DNA from: Fimbriosthenelais zetlandica
Taxonomy: Eukaryota
Reading direction: 5' to 3'
NCBI GenBank assembly: GCA_977030845.1
Contig: OZ365116.1
Coordinates: 18,042,001 to 18,106,000 of the forward strand
Length of the DNA stretch: 64,000 bases
The notes under the pieces were generated by a model. That model saw only the letters and a list, made by a program, of their open reading frames with translations, was not told the origin of the DNA and did not search any database. The first letter of the stretch is position 1, and every line of letters starts with the position of its first letter. The translations under genes were made by a program, and so were the position numbers. Positions 53,471 to 64,000 of the stretch are shown piece by piece.

Positions 53471-55136
53471 GTTTGTAAATATATGTTTGGTGCTGTGATC
53501 GGTGGTCCATTTAGCGTGATAAATGTTTTATATCTGTTGTTTAAAGTCCATTCCTCGCGGCTGATATCCCACATGTTAACTGTCAGTGACAGTGTCAATA
53601 TGGTCGTGTACCGGTAGCCCATGAATGAATTGGGGACCGTTTCTCAGTTAGATTTCCCCGTAGATATAGCATGTAATCGTAGAAGAGCGCTCGTCCCCAT
53701 GACAGACCATCCCCTCCTCCTCCCACCTCCACCTCACACGGCCATATTCCTCAGTTGAGATGTGAAATTCTCATAATTAGTTTAGTTTTACCCAAATGAG
53801 AGAATAAAAAACTTGCGAAACTTTGAGAACATGGCAGAATCTAGTTATGGAACGGACCCCTGATGGTTTAAATACTCGAGGGTTGTTTTTAAAATATAAT
53901 TTCAAAAGATGTATGTAGGACGTGTGTGCTGCCTGTGTATGCGCTACCACAAGTGAGGCTTACATTTTACATTTGAATTACGGTATATTTATTTCATATT
54001 AATATCCCAGAGTGGTAGCCTTGACAGACACAGTAATGATTATTTTAGATTTAGATTATATTTATTTAATATCAGTTTAGTTAATGCCAGGCTGGGCTAG
54101 CTACAAATTATGTGTTGCAAAAAGACACCAAATATCCCACCATATATAAATGAACAATAGGACGTGCCCCATGGCAACCTTAATAAAGTAGTTTAGAGAA
54201 GTTGTTATGGTTGGAAATTAATATTTACCATGTGCATACCGGAATGGGTATTTATTATGGTATTTAGGCATGAAATTGAAGTATATTTAATAAATATTAA
54301 ATATAGCCTAACATGGGGCTTGTGGTTTCCACCAGAAAAACAAAAATCTCTTCCATGTATGAGCGGCTAAGATTGTTTCTAGCTTTGAAAACTTCTGTGG
54401 CGATGGATTTAATCCTTGTGAGTGTCACTGAGCAGAAATTAGCCTTCTCAAGTAAAGATTCACCCATTTTAGACGATTTTCTGTCCAACTGGAAGAAATC
54501 TTGAATGGGCAGAACGCACAAATGAACTTTATCTAACGTTTTTACAAGGCGAAAATGTTAACAGAGACAAGTAGCTTGTGTAAAATGCTTTCAGGCCCGT
54601 AGCGCTGAATGGGCCTGCGCTATTTTATACTCATTTCATTAAAACATAGAACTATACATGTATATATAAATTATATATGATTTAAGAACATCACATATGT
54701 TTTCTTCTGGTCGATATGTCTAGACTTTTCACCTGTTAATTAATTAGCCACTAAACCATTAGCCACTTGACTTTATTGTTCTCATGCTTGTTTTACAGTC
54801 ATTATGAGGGAAGGTGCTTCCTATCAACCCAACATCAGACAGCCGAAATTACCGCGATCATGACAAGCGATCGGATGACGTCGCTTCAAGTTATCCTCAC
54901 AGCTCTCCCTTCGTTTACAAAATGGTGAGCAATTATAAAAGGGTTCCACGTCATATACTGAAACAAGCCAGATATATAATTTTCACTAATTCTAATTTCG
55001 AATTAATTATATCGGCACATATTGCTAAATAATTTTGAATTTAATGCCAGAGTTTATTTTTATTGTTGTTTTGAATCTTTCAATCTTTTTTTTGCAGCCA
55101 TTATGAAGGAATGCGCTTTCTTATCTACCGAACACC

Positions 55137-55270
55137 AGAGGACCAGCGTGAGGACAGCGGACCAGCGTGAGGACGGAGGACCAGCGTCAGGACAGAGGAC
55201 CAGCGTCAGGACAGGACCAGCGTCAGGACGGAGGACCAGCGTCAGGACAGGACCAGCGTCAGGACAGAAG
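55137..55270. repeat. GC-rich minisatellite, ~18-20-bp unit (GGACCAGCGTCAGGACAG), ~7 copies
   Basis: Read directly; explains ORFs 55022..55309 and 55060..55278. Confidence 0.95.
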
Positions 55271-55374
55271 ACCAACAAAACGTACGTAAATATTTATATA
55301 TTTATATAAATTCTTCACTGACAGCTTTTTCTAACGCCGATCTTGAGAATTCCTTATTCCTCAACAGATGAAAA

Positions 55375-55490
55375 TTATATTACTTTAATTGAAAATACTT
55401 TAATTGAAATTGAAATAACTTTAATTGAAATAACTTTAATTGAAAATACTTTAATTGAAATTACTTTAATTGAAAATACTTTAATTTTCT
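55375..55490. repeat. AT-rich minisatellite, ~15-16-bp unit (ATACTTTAATTGAAA)
   Basis: About 7 near-identical copies of ACTTTAATTGAA. Confidence 0.95.
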
Positions 55491-55789
55491 TCAAAGATGT
55501 GTCCTTTATAATCCCTTAAGTTCTTCATCAAAGTGATTTTTAAGATATTGTTTTAAAACTTTCATTTTTCTTGCAGCCATATGAAGGGATGCGCTTTCTT
55601 ATCTAGCAAACACCAGACAACCAAGTGACGTAACTTCTACGACGGTTACAAGCATTTAGTCAGTTTAGTTTGCCCACACTCGGTTTATGACCAGGTCAAA
55701 GACAGGTTCTTGAAATTAGTATTATGTAGTATTAGTATTTTTGTCCCTAAATTTCTCATCAAATGCAGTAGTTTATTTGATTTTCTTCA

Positions 55790-57160
55790 GCCATATTATA
55801 TATATTTAATTTCAGATTAATTTAATATCAAAGAGTTGTAGCTCTGAAGAAGTCAGCGATTATTATTTTAGATTCATTATTATTAACTATTAATTTAATT
55901 AATTCTTGTTAACATCAGAGTGTTGGAGTTTCGGAATATAATGTTGACAGTTAGACAGTAGAAACTGGGTTTTCCAAAGTAATTATATGGAAGTAGACTT
56001 ATTATCATATGTTATATTTATTTGATATTCAAAGTTAGACAGCAGAGTCTTTGATGTGCAAAGTCATTATTAGGTTCATTATTTTATATTTACTTGATAA
56101 TTGAATATTGCGTAATTGAGTTAAGCTTTGCCCGGCACAGTTATTATTTTAGATTTAGATTATATTTATTTAATATCAAATTAGGTAATGTCAGAGAGTT
56201 GTTGCGTTGACGTACGCAGTAATTATTGTTTTGGATTAATTATCATAGACTATTGATTTAATCAAGATTTGGTTAATGTTACAGATTTATTTAATTTAAA
56301 ATTTGTAGTTCATAGTTTAAGGTTAAACAGCACAAAGTAATTATTTACATCGGTTATATTTATTTCATTATTTTAATATGAGGTTTGTTTAAAGTTAGGC
56401 AAAGGAAACTTCTATGTGCAAGGTAATTTAGATATATCATTATAGGTAACTTCTTTTGGTGAAATGAGTTTCAAATCACAGATATTCATTTGATAAGTGA
56501 GGTTTCGAATACCAAAAGTTTAATTTATTTTAAGTTTAAGTTTATTTTCTTTGGATATTTAATTTATAGGTAGCCCATTTTCGATCCCGTGATACATGCG
56601 ACTCATTTCACCATTATTTATTTAGATGTTGGATTGCTGATTGTAAATGTCAAAAATGGTGCCCGCCCGCCCCTCTCCCACTCCCCTTCCCATATGATAT
56701 CCCTTCCATCTCCCTCTCACTACCGGTATCTTCACTTTTCCTTCTGTTAATATTTAACGGGAGTTGTAGTTTCCAAATTTAAAGTTCATAGTTTAAATTT
56801 AGACAGTGGAAACTAGGATTTCTAAATAATTATTATATTGTTATATTGAAGTATACCTATTATCATATGTTATATTTATTTGTTATATTTGATATTCAAT
56901 GTTAGGCAGCAAAGACTTTGATGTGCAAAGTAATTAATTAGATTTATTATCATAGGTTATATTTACTTGATAATTGAATATTGATTTGTTAATGTCAGAG
57001 AATTTATCATGGGTTATATTAACATCAGAATTTCCTAGTTTGAAGTTAGATAGCATGAAGTAATCATTAACATAGGTTATAATATTATACTTTATAATAT
57101 TTATATGAAATTTGTTTAAAGTTAGACAGTAGAAACTTGTATTATGGAAAGTAATTTCTG
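55790..57160. repeat. Highly diverged AT-rich satellite-like tract
   Basis: Recurrent GTTAG(A/G)CAG(T/C)A, TGATGTGCAAAGT and TTATATTTATTT motifs; e.g. 55995-56070 resembles 56855-56940. Confidence 0.65.
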
Positions 57161-58090
57161 ATCATTTTTGCATCTCCCCACCCACCTTACCCATTTCCCA
57201 TCTCCATCTCTTCCCCTTCCCACTTCCCTGGAAGGTCAACCTGAGGAGGGACTTAAACTCAGCAGTCGGATCACTTCTGATTCTGACTTAGTTCTCTTGT
57301 TAAGATGTTCTACACTTTTGATTACTTTTTTATTCCGCCCTTAGAGGCAGTCTATCCCTCTACCTATTCCCCAGCCTTTTTTTTCCGTTCGTCTGAATGG
57401 TGACCAGATGTTAATTAACGCACCCGGCCTTTGGACTCTTGCCGTATGCCCCTGACAGGGCAGTATGAGTTCACTATCCAGCTCTGTGCACTGGGGGTCT
57501 CTGACCTCCCCCCTGAGAACTTGGGGATTATAAACTGGATTATTTACTCCACGGGCGACCTGGAGGTTAGCTGTGCTTTTGGGTACCGTGGCCATTAACC
57601 GGAGTACCTCGATGTCCCATGCGATAGTTGGGATCCTGGAACGTCCTACCTTACCCTCCTACTACCCCTGCCCGTCACCAATGGCATTGTATGAAGGTCA
57701 AATAAAATGCAACAAACATATATTTCATTTTCTTAAATTATTTAATTACCAAACGTCGGTGGCGCCATCTGGTGTTAACTCTGAGAACTAACGACGGTGG
57801 CGCCATCTAGCGGCAAATAACTATCCTTAATGATAAGAAAAACAAAAGAGTTTCACCAGGTGTTCATGGCGTCGCCCATGATAAGACCCTCAACCCCTGA
57901 ACTGCGACAGTCCGGGCAATCGCGATCCATGTGAGCACACACCTGATGAGCAGAGAGACTATACTTCCACCTCACTTAGATAACAACTGGCCGCTACAGC
58001 TACAGACCCAATAGTGATTCCCGGAAATCACCTAGGAAAGAGTCGGTTCGACACCAGTGCAACAAGGATTGTGAAAAGCATACCTCAAAG

Positions 58091-58165
58091 CCCAGAGCAG
58101 GATTCGAACCCACGAAGGACCGATTCAGAAGCGAGTATCTTACCACCGCGCCACTCCGTCTGGCC
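58091..58165 (-). mobile_element. tRNA-derived SINE head (tRNA-Gln(CTG)-like pseudo-tRNA)
   Basis: Minus strand: A-box-like TGGCGCGGTGG, anticodon-loop-like CTTCTGAA, B-box GGTTCGAATCC. D and anticodon stems pair poorly, so a functional tRNA is unlikely. Confidence 0.65.
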
Positions 58166-59123
58166 TGGCTAAAGGGGTGCACTGGATGGTCTGGTCAGTG
58201 AATGGTCAAAAGTGGATCAAGCCAGGCCTATGTATAGACACCTTGGTGGCGATGGCTTTAACCTGTACGCGACACCTAATACTTTGCATGTATACATATG
58301 ATTCTGTAACAGATTCAATAAAACAATATTTCAATATTTCTTCTAATTAAATGACACTGATCTCCCTCTTCAAATTATTATTTCCTTCATCAACGGCGCC
58401 GACAGAACCAATATTTGTTGTATAGGTACATGTGCTTCGAAGTATTATCTCAGGACAGTAGAGGCTTCGGAGAACTGCAAAGAAAGAAACGGTAATTAAT
58501 ATCCTTAATCTATTTATCGGTACCCTTATATCCTTCCTGAAAAAGACATAACTAATTTCATAAATAATCCACGATTAAAACTTTGGTATGTTCAAGGCTG
58601 GGCGTTCATTGTAACATTACCCGGGCTTTACCATTTCCCATACATGCATGGCTTGGCCTGATGTCTGAGGAGAAAGCGCCACCACACGTGCGGGCAGCTG
58701 AACCATAATTATAGCCACCAGCGGGAGCATACCTACACACAGCCGTACATAGCCGAGTCATACAAGTACAGGTGAGTGGAGAGAAAGCGCCACCACGCGT
58801 GGGGGCAGGTACACTACAGCCACCAGGGGGAGCTCCCCAGTAGCCTACACCACTAGCCTCACCTCCACGGCGCACTAGCGACACTGAGCGGGCGGGCGGC
58901 GAACTAGTCAAGCCTTTGATCTTAATTGGGTAATCCCCCTGGCCGGCTCAGCTCGGGCCAGAGCCAGGCCGCGCCTGGCTGACTTGATTGCCTCTGTGAT
59001 TGCTTTAGTATTGGGCAAAAACGGGGAGAAAAAGTCGAATAAAAGTCACAATTTTCATTTCTCACCAAAAAGATTTACTATTTCGGAATCAGCAAATCAG
59101 TGCGCTCATGTTCGTATATTTTT

Positions 59124-59421
59124 TTTTACAATTTGAAAACCAAAGTTTTTTCGCTCTAAAAATCAGAAAAACCTGATAAAAAGGTATTTAAAATTGGATT
59201 TGCACAGCGTAACTTGGTGACGCCATAGGTATTAAGCCTAGAAAGTCACCTATTAAATATGAAGGCAATCGGAGAAAACTTTTTTCCCAGCCATTTTTTT
59301 CGATAAGGGGTACCCCTTACTGGTTTTTCTGCCTCGAAAATTTTTGGTCTCCGATTGCCTTCAAAATTTATAAGCACATTCCTAGACTTAATACCTACTG
59401 CGTCACCAACTCACACTGTGC
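59124..59421. mobile_element. Non-autonomous element with a ~74-bp internal inverted repeat; left part copied at 61073-61209
   Basis: ~59202-59275 (GCACAGCGTAACTTGGTGACGCCATAGGTATTAAGCCTAG..GAAGGCAATCGGAGA) is an imperfect inverted copy of ~59348-59421. ~135 bp of the left arm recurs in direct orientation at 61073-61209. Confidence 0.7.
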
Positions 59422-59715
59422 TATTTTAATTTTTTCTAATCTTTTTCCCACTTTTTCGGTCTCAAAATCGTGTTTCATCAAAGTCCTTCGATTTTTTTAA
59501 TACGCGCCATAGAGATAGTTTTCGAGCTCACAAGTCCATTGCAAAAATTCCCGAGTCGAAATTCCTACGGGAACCCTTACTTTTTGCGTTTTTCCCCTCA
59601 AAATTCTGCCGAAATAAAAGCAATTCATTTGGATTGAAAGACAATCACTTTGGACTGTCTCTGGGCCGAGCCATGACAATAGGATTAAACAAGCCATTCT
59701 GCTCGCCTCACGCGG

Positions 59716-59918
59716 ACACCCTCCCACCTTGCCCGCGCTCTCAGCCAATCAGAGAGCTCTATACCTGATCCCCATGCAGGCACGGACGACTTGACCGACC
59801 CACCCTCCCACCTGGATTCCCTCAGCCAATCAGAGAGCTCTATACCTGATCCCCATGCAGGCACGGACGCCTTGACCGACCCACCCTCCCACCTGGATTC
59901 CCTCAGCCAATCAGAGAG
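59716..59918. repeat. 81-bp tandem repeat carrying CCAAT boxes
   Basis: TCAGCCAATCAGAGAGC at 59741, 59822 and 59903 (exact 81-bp period); the two full copies are nearly identical. Confidence 0.95.
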
Positions 59919-61011
59919 CCGCACCTGAGGGATTGGCGGATGATTGACAGGTGAAGCCGGCGCTTGACCAGAGGGTAGTGAGGCTGGGGCGTGACCACAG
60001 ACCCACACACCAGCTGTGAGGTGTTGGCACGGATCAAAGGTAAAGAGGGGTCAGATTGGACGATGGACAGGTGAGATCGAGCTAATGTCCAGGCAATGAC
60101 AGTGACCATGGGCGACAAGGCCATGCTCACTGGCTCAGATACCCCAGTAAAATTAACTTAAAGATTAGAAAGGCTTACATCTATATATGAGAGCGGGCGC
60201 ATACATTTTGTCAAGTAAGATATCTTTGCCCGATAGGCCTATTCTTTGACCACCCGAATGACCCTGAATATTCTGTATAGGCTATATGTAGACATGAAAC
60301 ACACATCGAAGAAAGGCGAAAATGATGACACCCTCTCATATAATATAAAAGGAGTGGTGAATGGAGAATTTTGACCATTTACTATAATTTAGCCACGTTT
60401 CTTATCATTTTCTCCGATGTATGTCTCGCCCCTCCCCTCCCCAACTAAGCTTTACGCGGAAAGAAGCGTGATAATCCAAATGTCCACCGTCCTAGAACCC
60501 CAAACTTCTCCCCAATCGTTCACCCATACTTTCCTATACGGTTTCATTATAAATTGAACTCACCTCATAATGAATTTCTATTCTAAGGGGCCTGCTCCAG
60601 ACGGGGGTAGCGTCTACTGCAGTCCGTTGACCTGGTATTAGTTGTAATAGGCCTACTCCACACGCAGATAGACATTCAGTTCTGGCCTCAGCGGAGCCAG
60701 AATTCACGATGACAGTCCCAATTCCCGACAGTAAACAAGTCTGAAATGATCAAGGCACCGTCCACTAATGTCAACACACACCGTATATCCCAATTATTAA
60801 TGTTTTCCGTCCATTTAAGTCGGTTACTCCATCTAGAAAGACTCGTGTTTGACTGCTGACTGAGTCAGGCCCGAGCTGTGCTTTCACATCTGTATCTGTA
60901 TGACTTAAAATGTGAATAGACTGCAATATACAATTTATAGTAGATAGGTATACATGCAAACACATTCGAACGTGAAACAAAAGAATTAAATACAAAAGGT
61001 TGGCGTAAACT

Positions 61012-62210
61012 GGCATAAATGACGCCTGAAGCTTCCTACCACGGAATTAGTATGGGTGAAATAGAGAACATTTTACAATTTGAAGACCAAAGTTTTTTCG
61101 CTCTAAAAATCAGAAAAACCTGATAAAAAGTTATGTAAAATTGGATTTGCACAGTGTAAGTTGGTGACGCCATAGGTATTAAACCTAGAAAGCCACCTAT
61201 TAAATATGATTATTATCTCTTTTTAAAGAAAGTTAAAACTAAAAATGTAAACCAAAGTTAAAGTAGCCTGCTGCTGGAATTAAGGTATGATTAGGCCGCT
61301 GCTGGAATTAAGCCTTTTTTAAGGCATGGGCCCTAACTCTGCCTGCACTTCAGATCACTAATCAAGAGTTCCAATTGATAACTGAGCTAAATTCCCCAAC
61401 AATACTTCCTCATCATATTCTTCTTCCTTTTCTCATCAACATATCATCCATATATTTAGTAAAATCATATCACATTTATGGCTTCAAGCATATCATCGCC
61501 TAATATCGCCCACCTCCCTTATTTCCAAAACTCTTGGTCTATTTATTAACCGGAAAACAAGATGACACGGCAAAACATATCAGTAATTACGAACAAATAT
61601 CAGTTAACTCACGTTGAGCAGTCGTTATTCCGTTGTGGATCACTGAAAACTTTCTAAATCGAGTAAAACTTATCAAAATATTTGCGGTGGAAGCCAAACC
61701 GGAAAGAAGTTGAGAAGGTAAAAATGGCAGAAGTTGTAGCCGGCCGTTGTACCTGGTAATATGCCCGCTAGTTCCCCGTCCGCCTGGTTGGTGGTGCTTT
61801 TTGCAAGGAAACCCTATTCTGAACTGACAACTCTACTAATTTGGCTTTTTCTAATAATTAAAACACCAAACTAGCAAAATAAAGCGATACCAATGTAAAT
61901 TAAACCCAAACGAAGATGTTTTGTAGTAATAGAATGAAATAGAACACATGAGATTCTTGTAAATATCATTTTTGTCGCGACCATGTCGAGGCCAAGAGTG
62001 TCAAGTCATAGTCAAGTGGAGCCCTGGGTGGTGGGCGGGTTTTGGGGTTTCAGCCGCATTTCAATTACATCAATGAGTTAAATTTAGGTAATTTATCTGA
62101 TATAAGCCTAGTTACAAGTGGAGTAATGAGATTTTATGATGAAATATATGGCATAAATGACGCCTGAAGCTTCCTACCATGGAATTAGTATGGGCGATAT
62201 AGAGAACGTT
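61012..62210. repeat. Dispersed ~58-bp direct repeat (near 61012-61068 and 62151-62208)
   Basis: GGCATAAATGACGCCTGAAGCTTCCTACCA(C/T)GGAATTAGTATGGG(T/C)GA(A/T)ATAGAGAAC in both places. Confidence 0.85.
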
Positions 62211-62625
62211 CGGGGAGTGTTTTCCAAATTCCATTGAGATTTATTAATATTTTATTTTGTATTATTCACAATTTTTTTTTTACAGGTTTCTTGGTTATGA
62301 ATAATAATCCGGACGATTGTAAATACATGTGTTTTTTATTCATTAATAAATAAAAGTAAAATATCACAGACAGGTATAGTTCTGGCGAGGTTTATGCTTA
62401 AAAATTGCTGATTGGTATAAGGCACGGCGACAAAGGAAGTCTATTACAAACAAATTACCACCAAAGAGTTAGCACAACACTTCGATCTGCATGTATCCTT
62501 ATATTAAATAATCAATATATATCGATAACACAATTTAAAGTTTCAATGGTATTTTTCCCATTAAGATTCATAACTAATTGAATTGAAGAGGACAGGTTAT
62601 AACATGTTATCAATAGGAGGTAAAT

Positions 62626-63984
62626 TTATGCAACATAAGAAGTGGTCGGCTGGACCCCCTTGAGGGCCATGAACTTTTCCATTTTAAAATCAAAATCTAT
62701 AGGTCGCTCTGTAGGATCTTTGTAACGTTTTGTCATGTTATTGCCGAGATATTGAATCAAAGAGCAGGTGTCTTCAAACTGCATCAATTTCCGTCGGTAC
62801 TTCTTGCGGACGTACTCAGAACTTCGTGGGTTATAAGCTGAACACGAAAATGTACAATTTAGTCGTAATATTTATGTATATACAATGACTTATGTATTTA
62901 GAAAGTGTAATCATTTAGTTCATAATAACACTATGATTTCAATAGTTGAGATAGAGAAGGAACAGCTTGAATATTTCCAAGAACAGTTAATACAGCTATT
63001 GAGGGCTATATAATATAAATTTACCTTTAAGATGGAAGGCCACGTAGACGAGAGCTGATCTAGTGGAGGAGAGGAAGGGGTACTTGGGTTTAACATTGCC
63101 TACAGATGTCAAGCCTTTTATGACGGCGTCTGCTACTGTTTGTTCCAAGTATCCCAGCATAGGAAGGTTGTATATGTCTAGGGGATTCTTCTTGGGCGGT
63201 AACTTGTGTGGAAGTTTTAGGTTCCAATATTTTTCTGGTAGCCTGTACAAAAAAAATTATGAATTAGCATACATGTCCTTTATATACTCAGCTATATAAC
63301 TGTAATTTCCTCACAATTCGTTGGCCTTAAAATTAATTTTATATTATGTGTTATATCTCAATAAAATATTCATCTCAATATCCTTAAGATTATTGAACTC
63401 ACCTCATGAATTTCTGGAGGTGCTCTTCGCTAGCCATGTAATACAGTTTCTCTTTGTACTGGACCACTAGTGACGGCTCACCAGCGACAATAGCTTCATA
63501 TCGACACTTCCCATCCAGGTATGTGACAGGACAATAACCCTGAAGCTCCACTGGCATGGGGAACAGGGCCTTGGCTTCCTGTGCCGTGCGTCTCTTGGGC
63601 AGGAGTTCCGGTGGAGGGAGTTTACGTGGAGCAAGAGGGGGCACGTATGAGTGAGGTGCCTTCAGGAACTTTTCAGTCTCTCTTTCACCAGCACATTTAT
63701 AATAATGCCCTGGAAGTACAGGAAAGTGGGTTATAAAACTAGTTAGGAGAGCGGATCATTTTTCACAGAATTAAAGGTAGTTTAACAATGATGAAAGGAC
63801 TGAGGATTTAACTGGGGACACTCACCTCTGTACTCTACAGCATGTATCAGTGACTTGGTAACTGAGCAGTCTACCAGTTCATTACACTCAGCCAGACTTA
63901 CAGGACAGTATTGTTCATAATCTCCCAGACGCGCTTCAAATTCACCAGGTGTAATACACAAGTTACCAATAGCTGCAGCATTCC
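62626..63984 (-). CDS. AK9: Adenylate kinase 9, last four coding exons (gene continues beyond the window)
   Basis: Exons 63984-63826, 63709-63403, 63242-63025, 62837-62626 in frame: LCITPGEFEARLGDYEQYCPVSLAE..EYRGHYYK..YVPPLAPRKLP..ELQGYCPVTYLDG..YWNLKLPHKLPP..GYLEQ..KPKYPFLS..LKAYNPRSSEYVRKKY..RPIDFDFK. Colinear with the human AK9 C-terminus (FCPVSLAES, GYCPVTYKDG, LPGYLEQG, KAFNPKGSEYTRKKY, AIDFDHK). Confidence 0.95.
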
Positions 63985-64000
63985 CTGTACAAAAACAACC

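Noticed and set aside
55098-55135. YEGMRFLI resembling PRL/PTP4A phosphatase (YKNMRFLI)
   Set aside because: Eight residues only; stops follow and no HCxxGxxR catalytic exon is present.
55137-55490. Short direct repeats considered as a CRISPR array
   Set aside because: Head-to-tail units without unique spacers, no cas genes, eukaryotic context.
62626-63984. Initial alternative call CFAP206
   Set aside because: Extended colinearity with the AK9 C-terminus (YCPVT repeats, GYLEQ, NPxxSEYxRKKY) supports AK9.

Overview
Eukaryotic genomic DNA with GT-AG introns, most likely from an invertebrate animal; the taxon cannot be fixed from sequence alone. It splits into three zones. (1) 1-28 kb has no gene I can recognise: eroded transposon remnants (Gypsy integrase, PIF/Harbinger, hAT, possibly DIRS), tandem arrays and a fold-back element. 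(2) 29-51 kb is gene-bearing: four exons of an F-spondin-type gene (signal peptide plus reeler domain, no downstream domain found), a PLAC8/cornifelin-family gene, and three tandem paralogous TPM/MOLO-1-like single-pass membrane genes with conserved intron phases but very different cytoplasmic tails. (3) 51-64 kb is repeat-rich, with duplicated exon-like cassettes, a tRNA-derived SINE head, inverted repeats and CTCF-like motifs, and ends in the last four coding exons of adenylate kinase 9 (AK9). No CRISPR array or rRNA was seen. All gene models were spliced by hand and family assignments come from remembered motifs, not database searches. The best leads are the MOLO-1-like cluster, the reeler-only spondin locus, and a 406-bp tandem carrying an exon-like cassette with third-position-biased divergence and a TGA/TGT(Cys) pair.
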